Assembly (NCBI GenBank): GCA_963674965.2
Contig: CAXXFL010000005.1
Coordinates: 512,001-576,000, forward strand
Origin: a bacterium
GTDB lineage: Bacteria; RBG-13-61-14; DATKZS01
Direction of reading: 5' to 3'
Length of the DNA: 64,000 nucleotides
Each line of letters starts with the position of its first letter. Within the stretch, counting starts at the first letter, position 1. A program made the translations under genes and the position numbers. The notes beneath the pieces are model-generated. The model was given only the letters and a program-made list of their open reading frames with translations, made no database searches and had not been told where the DNA came from. Of the stretch, positions 18,860-28,520 are shown in pieces.

Positions 18860-19237
18860 ATGGGGGAAATCGAGAATAAAAAGATACTGATCGTGGAGGA
18901 CAGCCCCGCCCTGGCCAAGGCCATCGAGAAGGGCCTGACCAAGGAGGGCTACCAGGTCTTCGTGGTCAGGAACGGGTTCGAGGCCCTCCGGGACGTGGAT
19001 CAGATCAAGCCCGACCTTATCATGACCGACGTTAACATGCCCAAACTGGACGGTATCAAGATGTGTCAGGCCATTCAGAACCGGCTGGAAACGCGGGACA
19101 TTCCCTTTATTCTCGTGTCCAGCCAACTGGACGCCAAGACCCTCCAGACGGGCAAGGCCATCGGGGCCAGATACTTTATCGCCAAGCCGTTTAAAATGGA
19201 ACAGATACTCTCCAGGGTGCGTGAAGTCCTCGGCTGA
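18860..19237 (+). CDS. Single-domain response regulator (CheY-like receiver)
   Basis: ILIVEDS, PDLIMTDVNMPKLDG, FIAKPF. Confidence 0.93.
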   Translation: MGEIENKKILIVEDSPALAKAIEKGLTKEGYQVFVVRNGFEALRDVDQIKPDLIMTDVNMPKLDGIKMCQAIQNRLETRDIPFILVSSQLDAKTLQTGKAIGARYFIAKPFKMEQILSRVREVLG

Positions 19238-19249
19238 CGGGAGGACGCC

Positions 19250-19600
19250 ATGGCCGCCAGGATCGTGTCCTACGAGTTCGGCAAAATCGAAATCGACGGC
19301 AAGACCTTCACCAGGGACGTAATAATACTGCCCGACGGCGTCATTGACGGATGGTGGAGGAAGGAGGGCCATTCACTATGCCCCGAGGACGTCTCCGAAG
19401 TAATCGACAAATATAAGCCGGAAAAAATCATCATAGGGAAAGGGGCCAACGGCCTTCTCAAGGTACCAACCGCCACCAGGAGATGGATCGAGAACAGGGG
19501 AATCAGACTTGTGGACCTGCCCACCGCCGCGGCCGTCGACTATTTCAACGACCTGCCCGGCTCAGCCAGGGCCATAGCGGGTCTGCACCTTACCTGTTAG
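19250..19600 (+). CDS. Mth938-like (DUF498/DUF598) protein
   Basis: FGKIEIDGK, WWRKEGH, IIIGKG, AVDYFN, C-terminal LHLTC. Confidence 0.85.
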   Translation: MAARIVSYEFGKIEIDGKTFTRDVIILPDGVIDGWWRKEGHSLCPEDVSEVIDKYKPEKIIIGKGANGLLKVPTATRRWIENRGIRLVDLPTAAAVDYFNDLPGSARAIAGLHLTC

Positions 19601-19658
19601 CCGCCCATAAACCGCGGGCCGGCGTCCGGTGAATAATCTTGTTTCAGGGAGGAAGAAA

Positions 19659-20516
19659 ATGAAAAGGGGCGCGATCATGGCGGCCTTTACGTTTTGCGTC
19701 TTGTACGTCGTATATATCGGATGCTCTCACGCCGGCGGGGCGGGCAAGATCGGCTCGGCCGAGCGGACTGTAATCCTTGCCAACCTCGGGGTCCGAGAAA
19801 GCTCGGGCCTGGCCCCCAGCGGCCGCCGAAGCGGCGCGTTCTGGACTCACAACGACTCCGGCAACAAGCCGAGCCTGTTCGCCTTCGACCTTAGCGGCCG
19901 CGACCTGGGCGAATGGCGAGTGGAGGGCGCCCGGAACCTGGACTGGGAAGACATGGCCTCGGCCAAGATCGACGGGAAGGACTACCTGCTTATAGCCGAC
20001 GTGGGAGACAACGCCCGCAAGCGCGACTTCTGCCTGCTCTACGTCGTGCCCGAGCCCGATCCCGAGGAGGGAGGAGGCTCCGTTTCCATCGAGCGGGCCA
20101 TAAATTTCCATTACCCGGACGGTCCCCACGACTGCGAGAGCGTGGGCGTATGCGCGGACGAGCGAAAGATATATCTCGTCTCGAAAACGCTGGGGGGCCG
20201 GGCCACGGTCTACTCGATCGGCTGGGACTCCGGCCATGAAGCCGAGGCCGCGGAGATAGCAAACCTTTCCATAGGGGAGGCCACGGCCATGGACTTCTCG
20301 CCGGACGGGACCCGAGCCGTAGTGCTTTCCTATTTCGCCGTGCATGAGTTCGTCCGGAAGGATGGCGAGGGCTGGGACAAGGCCTTCAAAAGGCAACCAA
20401 GGGTGGCGCCGCTCCTCGAGCGGAGGCAATGGGAAGCCGTCGCTTACGGTTCGGATGGCTCGAGGATTTTTATCACGGCCGAGGGAAGGCCGGCCATATT
20501 TCGGGAAGTGAAATAA
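19659..20516 (+). CDS. Secreted beta-propeller-like hypothetical protein
   Basis: GGAGG RBS before ATG 19659; signal/lipoprotein N-terminus; ESSGL, WTHNDSG, DWEDM, ADVGDN, DCES motifs. Confidence 0.8.
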   Translation: MKRGAIMAAFTFCVLYVVYIGCSHAGGAGKIGSAERTVILANLGVRESSGLAPSGRRSGAFWTHNDSGNKPSLFAFDLSGRDLGEWRVEGARNLDWEDMASAKIDGKDYLLIADVGDNARKRDFCLLYVVPEPDPEEGGGSVSIERAINFHYPDGPHDCESVGVCADERKIYLVSKTLGGRATVYSIGWDSGHEAEAAEIANLSIGEATAMDFSPDGTRAVVLSYFAVHEFVRKDGEGWDKAFKRQPRVAPLLERRQWEAVAYGSDGSRIFITAEGRPAIFREVK

Positions 20517-20567
20517 CGGCCCCGCCGTTAAGCGGCGTTCGCGTTTTATGGGCCGTTCCTCATCCTT

Positions 20568-21875
20568 TCATTTGACGCGGTCCCGCTCATTGTATCTTTG
20601 CCAGTAGCGCCGAAATAGCGGGCCGGTCCGCTCGGTCTTCATGGCGGCGATGGCCCTTCCCCAGTCGGTCGTCGCCCTCCTCGCCTTCTCGAAGCACTCG
20701 TCCATTTCCCCTTGGCCCGGGCCGTCCGCGTTTTTTCCCAGCCTTTCGATGAATTCTTTCTCGAGGGGTAGGAATATATCGCGGGCGAGTCGCGTGGCCT
20801 CTTCAAAGGAGAAGACGGCCCGGCGGTGGAGCCTCTCGCTCATCCACCAGTAAGACCGCTCGTCGAACCCGGCCGCGCCGGGCTTGTAGGCCGAGGGCAA
20901 GTCGGCGTTTTTTCCGAAGACGGGGAAGAAGGGACTCACGCAGGGGTTGGAGGCGGCGGTGGTGAAGTACTGGGCTCCCGTCTTGTCCAGCCTCGCGACC
21001 AGCGAGCAGGTGGACTGGGTGGGGCGGGTCAGCTTGTTGGCGGCGTGCATGCAAAGGGTCCCGCCCTTTTGCCGCCATGGCCGCCATTTAAGGTCCGGGC
21101 CGTGGTCGCGAAGCGCCTCCATGAAGTCGGCCAATTTCAGCCTTCCTTTTCTCGCGGCCAGGAAATCACGGGACCGGCACTCGCGGGGTTTTCCCTGGGC
21201 GCCCCAGGTGAAGACGCGGTCGGAGTAGCACCTCCGGAAGTCGAAATCCGACTCGCCTCGGCAGTAGCCCTTTTTCACCGCGTTTTGAATGAGGCCGGGC
21301 GAGCACTCGTCGAAGTCGTCGGTCAGGGAGATCACGTTCGAGATGCTCCAGAAGTCCCGGACCTTTTTCCAAGCCCACCAGCGCCTTACGGTCTCGAGAA
21401 CGAAGCCCTCCTCCCGGTCGGCGATGAGGAAGCCGTTCATATAGGAAAGATTCTGAGTATGGCCGGCTTTTCCTCCCTGTCCGTGTTTTTCGAGAAGAGA
21501 TATTATCCGGTCCCGCGCCTCGGCCGCGCTGGCCGCCCGCTCGAGGGCCAGTCTCAGCATGTCCATGCCCAGAAGGCCCGTCTTCTCGGGCTTCTCCCTG
21601 GTGAAGACGGCCTCGTTGCCGATGACCACGCCCGCGTCATTGGCCCCCATCTCGGCCCCGAACATCCAGTAGGGCCGGCACAGAAGCACGCGCCGGGTCC
21701 GGCGCGCCTGAGGTATATCGAGGTAAGTGCATTTCACCGAGGCGCCTTCCGGGTGGCCGGCGGCGGGATAAACCTCGAGGTTCTGGACCTCGTCGGGCTC
21801 GCGGTCGCTGTTCTTGCCGAACAGAACGGACCCGTCGGCGGTGGCCGTTCCCAGGGCCAGCAGGGTGTCGCACAC
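20568..21875 (-). CDS. Peptidase C69 (secernin/dipeptidase, Ntn hydrolase)
   Basis: GTG start then CDT (N-terminal Cys nucleophile); FGKNSDREPDE; WMFGAEMGAN; GNEAV; CMHA. Confidence 0.9.
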   Translation of the reverse strand: MCDTLLALGTATADGSVLFGKNSDREPDEVQNLEVYPAAGHPEGASVKCTYLDIPQARRTRRVLLCRPYWMFGAEMGANDAGVVIGNEAVFTREKPEKTGLLGMDMLRLALERAASAAEARDRIISLLEKHGQGGKAGHTQNLSYMNGFLIADREEGFVLETVRRWWAWKKVRDFWSISNVISLTDDFDECSPGLIQNAVKKGYCRGESDFDFRRCYSDRVFTWGAQGKPRECRSRDFLAARKGRLKLADFMEALRDHGPDLKWRPWRQKGGTLCMHAANKLTRPTQSTCSLVARLDKTGAQYFTTAASNPCVSPFFPVFGKNADLPSAYKPGAAGFDERSYWWMSERLHRRAVFSFEEATRLARDIFLPLEKEFIERLGKNADGPGQGEMDECFEKARRATTDWGRAIAAMKTERTGPLFRRYWQRYNERDRVK

Positions 21876-21904
21876 GGCTTAAGCTCCTTTCTCTTTGGTC
21901 CAGG

Positions 21905-22471
21905 TCAATTGACGACCTTCAAAACTTGCGGCTCGCGCCTGGGCGTGGGCGGCGGGACCTTGGCGGGAAAGCCGAAAATCAGGGGCGCGACGATGACGAG
22001 GTCGCCCGTCAGGCCAAGCTCTAGCCTCAGCGCCTCGTCCTGGACGTCCGCCCCCATGTTGATCCAGCAGGTCCCCAGTCCCCTGGCCGCGGCCCCGAAC
22101 ATGAAGTAGGCCGCGAAGAGGGCGCAATCCACGTGAACGCTTTTAAGGTCTTTCGGCCCGGCGATAACGGCCAGGTGAGGCGCGTTGTAAAAGACGTTGA
22201 ACTCGGGATTGGACAAGGCGGCCTCGTACCTGGCGGAGGGATGATCGGGGTCGGCCTCGATTTTAGCCAGGATGTTCCTCTTGCTCTCGTCGGATATCTT
22301 TTTCATCAACTCCTTATTGTTCACGATAGCTATCTTCCACGGTTGGCGGTCCGATGAACTGGGGGCCAAAACGCACTCCTTTAATAGCTCCTCCACCGTC
22401 TCGGGGGGCACGGGCTTGTCCCGGTAGTTACGGACCGATCTCCTTGTTTGAACTAGGTTTTCGTATTCCAT
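21905..22471 (-). CDS. Nitroreductase family protein
   Basis: RRSVRNY, APSSSDRQPW, GLGTCWI; GGAGG RBS before ATG 22471. Confidence 0.92.
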   Translation of the reverse strand: MEYENLVQTRRSVRNYRDKPVPPETVEELLKECVLAPSSSDRQPWKIAIVNNKELMKKISDESKRNILAKIEADPDHPSARYEAALSNPEFNVFYNAPHLAVIAGPKDLKSVHVDCALFAAYFMFGAAARGLGTCWINMGADVQDEALRLELGLTGDLVIVAPLIFGFPAKVPPPTPRREPQVLKVVN

Positions 22472-22617
22472 TCGCGCGACCTCCATAATTTCGGCCGATC
22501 CTTTGCGCTCTCCACAATTGTATGAGCGAGAGTTTGAAACGGCGTTTTCTTAGTCAACGTTATTGTATCAAAGTTGGCTGATTTTCGCTCTTTCTTCTTC
22601 GACGCGATTTAAATTAT

Positions 22618-22805
22618 GGAGCTTCTTGCAAAAGTCCCTTTCTTGGCGGCATAGCCGCTTTGGATTGTGGTCGCTTGAGGGCGCTTTCGATGGCTTTGGC
22701 TTGACAAGGCCTGAGAATACAACGGCTCGCCTCGCGTCAAGCCGCTAGGAAGAAAAGCGGCGTCGAGCCGCCGCACTCCAAAGCGGGACTTTTGCAAGAG
22801 GCTCT
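22618..22805. mobile_element. MITE-like element, copy 2 (inverted relative to 18539-18725)
   Basis: GGAGCTTCTTGCAAAAGTCCC ... GGGACTTTTGCAAGAGGCTCT; internal sequence matches the reverse complement of copy 1. Confidence 0.75.
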
Positions 22806-22820
22806 ATGAGCAATTAATTA

Positions 22821-24584
22821 GTTCCAGTTGCGTAACTAGAAAAAGCCAATAAAAACAATGTGCTGTAAGCATTTTTCGCTTCCCTTTTTGGTCTTGATAT
22901 GATACAATAACTCCTTGAAAAATCAAGGATTGACTTGCCGGGATGCTGTGAAGGGGGCGAAAAATGCGACCGAAAATTAAAATGCAAATGACCATTGAAG
23001 ACCACGAATTTTTGAAAGCGGGCCATCTTTTCAAACAAGACACTGAGCTTGAGAAGATGAGCATAGCGCTCGACGAGGCCAAGGAAATTCTGGAAGCTGT
23101 TGCCGATGATCTCCAAAGCGGACTCAAGGAGACCGGCGCCGAGGGGATGAGCGTCGAGCAGGTCCTTAGGAGCGCGGTCATCTATCAACTCAAGTGTTAT
23201 TCCTACCGGGAACTCGGCGACCGCCTCGGTTCCGATTACAATTTCCGCAAGTTCACCAGGTTCTTCGGGCGGGACATTCCCCATTTCAGCAGCCTGGAGC
23301 GGGCGATAAAACGCATCCGCCCCGAGACCTGGGAGCGGATCAACGAAATGCTCGTGGCCCTGGCCATTAAAAAAAAAGTAGAAGACGGCGAGGCGGTCCG
23401 CGCTGACACCGCGGTGGCCGAGGCCAACATCCACTATCCGACCGACGCTTCGCTTCTTTTTGACAGCATCCGTGTATTGGACCGGTTGATGAAAGGAGCG
23501 CGGAAGGAGCTGCCGGGTCTCGGGTTCGAATATCATGACCGGACTCGGCGGGCCAAGAAGCGCGCTTACCAGATCGCCATGGGCAAAGGCAAAGGGATCG
23601 AGAAGAAACGGGCGGTCTGGTACCGGGACCTTCTCAAGGTTTCGGCGGAAATCTTGGCCATGGCCCGCTCGGCGCGGGAGGCGCTGGACGAGGCCCTTAA
23701 AGGCGGAGAGCTTTATTTCAGCGATGCGGGCCTGGCAACCATGATCAAGAGCGAACTCGATCATTACCTGCCGCTTTCTGAGCAGTGCGTCGAGCAGTGC
23801 GAGCGGCGGGTTATAAAAGGCGAGAAGGTTCCCGCGCAAGAGAAGGTGGTTTCCGTTTTCGAGCCGCACGTTGATATCATCCGGAGAGGCAAGACCATGA
23901 GCCCGACCGAGTTCGGTCACAAGGTGATGGCGGCGACGGGAAGGTCGGGGATTGTGCTTCAATATAAAGTGTGCGAGGGCAACCCTTCCGACGCCGACCT
24001 TTTCGAGGACATTTTGCAAAAACACGTCCGCCTGTTCGGCAAGGCTCCACGCGAGTTTACCGGCGACCGCCGCTTCTATCATGAGGACAATGAGAAGCTT
24101 GCGACCGAAGGTCCTTATTATATCGAGCGCCTGGCCATTCCCAAGCCCGGCAAAAGGAGTTCGGAGCGGATCGAGCACGAGCGTCAGCGCTGGTTCAAGA
24201 AGCTTCTTCGCTTCCGGGCCGGGATCGAGGGCGGCCTTTCCGCCCTTCTTCGCGGCTTCGGTCTGAGCCGATGCCTGTGGAGAGGTTTCGAGAGCTTCAA
24301 GTCCTGGGTGGGTCTTTCGTTCTTTGCCTGGAACCTTCGAAAACTCGCGCTGCTGACTTAGCCGCCGCCGGGCGCGCCCCTGTGGGGGCAATGAAAAACG
24401 GAAATGAAAAACAGCAAAAGGAGAGGTGTTTTTTGAAAGGATAGAAAAGGGCCGGCTCAGGCATTCAACTCGCCTGAAAGCGTTAAAATCTTTTCCGTCC
24501 TTTATAGACGCCCTGAAAATCTGCATGTCCATATCCTCTCCGCACCGCATAATGAAAGCCATTAAGCAGTTGTGCAACAGAAAC
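22821..24584 (+). mobile_element. Insertion sequence, ISNCY-type (ISDol1-like), apparently intact
   Basis: TIRs GTTCCAGTTGCGTAACT / AGTTGTGCAACAGAAAC; 6-bp target duplication TAATTA at 22815-22820 and 24585-24590; a single transposase ORF. Confidence 0.85.
22964..24361 (+). CDS. DDE transposase, ISNCY-type
   Basis: VRADTAVAEANIHYPTDASLL, KVVSVFEPH, EFGHKV, GDRRFY, FRAGIEGGLSAL, NLRKLA. Confidence 0.9.
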   Translation: MRPKIKMQMTIEDHEFLKAGHLFKQDTELEKMSIALDEAKEILEAVADDLQSGLKETGAEGMSVEQVLRSAVIYQLKCYSYRELGDRLGSDYNFRKFTRFFGRDIPHFSSLERAIKRIRPETWERINEMLVALAIKKKVEDGEAVRADTAVAEANIHYPTDASLLFDSIRVLDRLMKGARKELPGLGFEYHDRTRRAKKRAYQIAMGKGKGIEKKRAVWYRDLLKVSAEILAMARSAREALDEALKGGELYFSDAGLATMIKSELDHYLPLSEQCVEQCERRVIKGEKVPAQEKVVSVFEPHVDIIRRGKTMSPTEFGHKVMAATGRSGIVLQYKVCEGNPSDADLFEDILQKHVRLFGKAPREFTGDRRFYHEDNEKLATEGPYYIERLAIPKPGKRSSERIEHERQRWFKKLLRFRAGIEGGLSALLRGFGLSRCLWRGFESFKSWVGLSFFAWNLRKLALLT

Positions 24585-24594
24585 TAATTAAGAC

Positions 24595-24741
24595 GCCGTG
24601 TATAGTAACGGCTTTACAATAAGCGATCTTTGGCAGAATATCGTCAAACCTTTTGGTCCAGACAAAGGGGATAGGGTTTCCATTTGTGACTCGGAAATAT
24701 TCCTCGATGGCGGCCGCCAACAGGTAACCCGCAAACGAGTC
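24595..24741 (-). pseudogene. C-terminal fragment of an IS630-family transposase
   Basis: A frame not in the ORF track reads DSFAGYLLAAAIEEYFRVTNGNPIPFVWTKRFDDILPKIAYCKAV, matching the IS630 C-terminal AIxxY...NxxPxPFVWT..DDIL.K pattern. Confidence 0.6.
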
Positions 24742-24917
24742 TTGAAATATAAGTCGCCCATATATCCGCTATATGGGCGAGCATAGCGAGTTGGTCGGCG
24801 AGTTTGATCTTCCGGGAATGGCTCGCGTTTCAGGATGGTCCATTTTAGCGGCCTATCCATCCAGCTACGCGGGAACCACGCGGTTCCAAAGAAACCGGGC
24901 GGGCCACCGCCTGCGGC

Positions 24918-25346
24918 TCAGCCGAAATCCAGCGACGAGGTGAAGTGGACGCCCGGCTTGGTCCGGAAGGCGAAGTAGACCTTGACCGCGTCTCCGGACT
25001 TCTTGGCCTGCAGGTAGACGTGTTCCATGACCTTGTTGCCGCTGGCGATGAGGCCTTCCAGCTTGGCCATGCTCTCGGCGTCGCCGATCGAGCTCACGAG
25101 GGACGACTCGTCCGAGCCGGCCACCTCGAGGGCCTTGCCGAAGATATCGCGCCAGGCCTGGGCCTCGAGGGCCACCAGGGTCTTGAGGCCGTCCTTGTCC
25201 TTCCAGCCGTCCGAGGCCTGGACCACGTCGTTAAATGTCCCCTTCACGCCGTTTAGGGCGTCGCCGAAACCCATTCCTCCGGGAATCTCGATGGCGAGCT
25301 TTTTCTCGCCCTCCTGGGCCATTTCCAAAATAAAGTTTTCGTCCAT
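24918..25346 (-). CDS. Hypothetical protein
   Basis: GGAGAG RBS before ATG 25346; host-like codon usage; no recognised motif. Confidence 0.7.
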   Translation of the reverse strand: MDENFILEMAQEGEKKLAIEIPGGMGFGDALNGVKGTFNDVVQASDGWKDKDGLKTLVALEAQAWRDIFGKALEVAGSDESSLVSSIGDAESMAKLEGLIASGNKVMEHVYLQAKKSGDAVKVYFAFRTKPGVHFTSSLDFG

Positions 25347-25540
25347 TCGCACTCTCCAATCGCGTCCGATTTAACGTGGCTTATTAATGGTCCAAGATAG
25401 CAGAGGCGGGTGAAAAAGAAAACCCCAAAAAAGCGCCGCGTGATTTTTACGCGATCGTGACGAAAAACTCTTGCTTTCTTTATCTCGGTTCTATATCATC
25501 TTTTTGAATTGACCGAAAAAACAGACAAGGCGAGGTTTAC

Positions 25541-27670
25541 ATGAAGAACATCAACTCGATCATGAATCCGGAGTCGATCGCCGTGGTCGGCGCGACCGAC
25601 CGTCCGGGCAGCGTGGGCCTGGCGGTATGTTTCAACATTTTGAGCGCGGGTTACAAGGGGGTGCTTTATCCGGTGAACCCCAAGCGGCGCTCGGTGCTCA
25701 GCATCAAGACCTACCCGAGCTTGACCGAGGTCCCCGACAAGGTGGACATGGCGGTCATCATAGTTCCCGCTCCCATGGTTTCCGGGATAGTCGAGGAGGC
25801 CGCCGCCAAGGGCGTCCGCGGCCTGGTGGTTATCACCGCCGGGTTCAAGGAGACGGGCGGCGACGGGATCAAAATGGAAAAGGCGCTCAAGGCCCAGGCG
25901 GACGAGCACGGGATCAGGATGATCGGTCCCAATTGCCTCGGGGTCATGAACACCAACCCCGAGGTTCGCATGAACGCCAGCTTCGCCACCAAGATGCCCA
26001 AGCGGGGCCGCATAGGTTTTATCTCGCAGTCGGGCGCGCTTTGCACGGCGGTGCTGGATTTCGCCGACGGCAAGAACATGGGTTTTTCCAAGTTCATCAG
26101 CTTCGGCAACAAGGCTGACGTGAACGAGATCGACCTTCTGCGCTACCTGAAGGACGATCCTGACACGGACGTTATCGCCATGTACCTGGAGGACATCACC
26201 GATGGGAGGCAATTCATCGAGGTGGCCCGTGAGATCACCTGGGGCGCCAAGAAGCCCATGCTGGCCATCAAGAGCGGACGCTCGAAGGAGGGGGCCAAGG
26301 CGGCGGCCTCTCACACCGGGTCGTTGGCCGGATCGGACATGGCCTATGACGCCATCTTCGGCCAGAGCGGCATCATGCGGGTCGAGACCATGAACGAGCT
26401 TTTCGACTCGGCCTTAGCCTTCGCCAACCAGCCGGCGCCCAAGGGCGGCCGCATAGCCATCGTGACCAACGCGGGCGGGCCGGGCATCATCGCCACGGAC
26501 GCCACCGTCAGGTCGGGGCTCAAGCTGGCTGAGTTCCGCGATGAGACCAAGGAGAAGCTGAAAAAGCACCTTCCCGCCGCGGCCAGCGTGCACAACCCGG
26601 TGGACGTGATAGGAGACGCCGACCACATCCGCTACCAGAACGCCATCCGGACGGTGCTGGAGGACGAGTGCGTGGACGGGGCCGTGGTCATCCTGACCCC
26701 CACGGCCATGATCGACATCCTCGAGACGGCCGAGATCATGCCCCGCGTGACCGAGGGCTGCAACAAGCCGGTGCTCTGCTCCTTCATGGGGATAGTGGAC
26801 GTGTCCAAGGGCGTGGAGTTCCTCGAGGAGAACGGCATACCCAATTATTCTTTCCCCGAGTACGCGGTCAGGGCCATGTCCAACATGGTCAAGTTCGGCT
26901 GGCTCCTGGGTCTCGACCGCCGGGAGGTCCGCAGGATAGCGGCGGACAAGGACGCGGCCCAGCAGGTCATCAACAGGCGGCTGGGAGAAAACGAGAGGTA
27001 CCTGATGCCGGAGAACGAGGCCAACGAGATACTCCAGGCCTACGGTTTCCCGGTCCTTAAAAGCCGCCTTATCACCGATGAGTCGGAGGTGGAGAAGGCC
27101 GCCGACGAGGTCGGCTTCCCCGTGGCCATGAAGATATCCTCGCCCGACATAGTCCACAAGTTCGACGCGGGCGGGGTCAAGCTTAAAATCAAGTCGGTCG
27201 AGCAGGCCAAGGCGGCCTATGCCGAGATCCTGGCCAACGCCAAAAAATTCAAGCCCGACGCGGACATAAAGGGCGTGCTCATGGAAAAGATGGCGCGCGG
27301 CGGCATCGAGGTCATCCTGGGCGCCACCAGGGACCCCAAGTTCGGGCCCATATGCATGTTCGGACTGGGCGGGACCTTCGTCGAGGCCATGAAGGACGTG
27401 ACCTTCCGCCTCGCCCCCATGTGGGAGGTCAGCGCCGAGATCATGATCAACTCCATCAAGGCCTATAAAATATTGCAGGGCGTGCGGGGCATGCCGCCCT
27501 CCGACATAGCCGCCATCAAGGACTGCATTTTAAGACTCTCCCAGATGGTGAGCGACCTGCCCCAGATAGCCGAGCTCGATATCAACCCCCTCATCGTCTA
27601 CCCGGAAGGGGAGGGTTGCGTGGTGGCCGACAGCAGGGTCCTGGTGACCAAAGCCAACGGAAACGGATGA
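25541..27670 (+). CDS. Acetate/acyl-CoA ligase (ADP-forming), fused alpha-beta (CoA-binding + ATP-grasp)
   Basis: SIAVVGAT, IGPNCLG, SQSGAL, GNKAD, AAASHTGSLAG, TNAGGPG, NPVD, HKFDAGGV, FGLGG, ELDINPL. Confidence 0.93.
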   Translation: MKNINSIMNPESIAVVGATDRPGSVGLAVCFNILSAGYKGVLYPVNPKRRSVLSIKTYPSLTEVPDKVDMAVIIVPAPMVSGIVEEAAAKGVRGLVVITAGFKETGGDGIKMEKALKAQADEHGIRMIGPNCLGVMNTNPEVRMNASFATKMPKRGRIGFISQSGALCTAVLDFADGKNMGFSKFISFGNKADVNEIDLLRYLKDDPDTDVIAMYLEDITDGRQFIEVAREITWGAKKPMLAIKSGRSKEGAKAAASHTGSLAGSDMAYDAIFGQSGIMRVETMNELFDSALAFANQPAPKGGRIAIVTNAGGPGIIATDATVRSGLKLAEFRDETKEKLKKHLPAAASVHNPVDVIGDADHIRYQNAIRTVLEDECVDGAVVILTPTAMIDILETAEIMPRVTEGCNKPVLCSFMGIVDVSKGVEFLEENGIPNYSFPEYAVRAMSNMVKFGWLLGLDRREVRRIAADKDAAQQVINRRLGENERYLMPENEANEILQAYGFPVLKSRLITDESEVEKAADEVGFPVAMKISSPDIVHKFDAGGVKLKIKSVEQAKAAYAEILANAKKFKPDADIKGVLMEKMARGGIEVILGATRDPKFGPICMFGLGGTFVEAMKDVTFRLAPMWEVSAEIMINSIKAYKILQGVRGMPPSDIAAIKDCILRLSQMVSDLPQIAELDINPLIVYPEGEGCVVADSRVLVTKANGNG

Positions 27671-27674
27671 AGCG

Positions 27675-27720
27675 AAAAAGGGCGCGGCGGCCGTCATGGC
27701 TTCCGCGCCCTTATTTTATT
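27675..27720. terminator. Bidirectional intrinsic terminator
   Basis: AAGGGCGCGG...CCGCGCCCTT stem flanked by A-run and T-run between convergent genes. Confidence 0.7.
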
Positions 27721-27733
27721 ATCTCGCCGATCG

Positions 27734-28252
27734 TTAAAGCAGTCCCTTCCTCCGGGCTATCTGGCGGTAGAGCTTCTGGTACTCGATCTCGAACTCGGGG
27801 GTGTCCTCCTTGAGATGCTTGAGGCGCTCGCGCACCTCCTTGTCCACCTGCTCCTCCATGCCCAGGTGCTTGCTGAAGGCCTCGGCTATCTTTCTGCGAA
27901 GGGTCCGGTCCTCGGAATAGACCTCCTCCACCCGGTTGTTGTACATGAAGCACTCGATGATCTGGTTGGCGATCCAGTACATGGCCTTGTCGCCCGTCTC
28001 GAAGCCCCGCTCCTCCGCGATCAGACGCTTGAGCTTGCCGAACTCGGTGAAGCTGGCGCCCCGAGCCTGGATCATGTCCCGGGCCTGGGCGTTGATCTCC
28101 TCCTCCATGCGCAGGTATTCCTTGATGATGGCCTCGACGTCGAGGATGACCTCGGCCACCTCATCAGCCGCGACCTCGATGTCGCCGCCCTCGACCAGGG
28201 ACGTCACCGTGTCCTCGGCGATGAACTTTATCTTGCCTCGGTATATTTTCAT
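27734..28252 (-). CDS. DUF507-like protein
   Basis: MKIYRGKIKFIAE start; duplicated EEEIN..AR / EEQVDKEVR halves; ends IARRKGLL. Confidence 0.75.
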   Translation of the reverse strand: MKIYRGKIKFIAEDTVTSLVEGGDIEVAADEVAEVILDVEAIIKEYLRMEEEINAQARDMIQARGASFTEFGKLKRLIAEERGFETGDKAMYWIANQIIECFMYNNRVEEVYSEDRTLRRKIAEAFSKHLGMEEQVDKEVRERLKHLKEDTPEFEIEYQKLYRQIARRKGLL

Positions 28253-28520
28253 GTTTTAACGACTCGTTTTACTCGTTCCCTATACCCAAAACTACAAGAT
28301 AACTGAAGAAGGCAAACCTGTCAAACCGAAGACGGGGCTCCTGGAAAAAACTTCCAGGCGAGACGGTCTTGTCCAAGTACTCATCGCCGCCATTTTGAAC
28401 CGGCTCCTTTTCGGGCCGGCGTTACCTTGGTTTTTTCCCAAGGCTTTGGGATAATGCCAGTCAAACTGGATGGCGCCCGGAAGAAGCATCCGCTTCGGCC
28501 TCGGCGCACCCGGGTCCGGC

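Noticed and set aside
18547-22797. Similar short ORFs at 18547-18729 and 22609-22797
   Set aside because: The similarity comes from the two MITE copies, not from a protein family.
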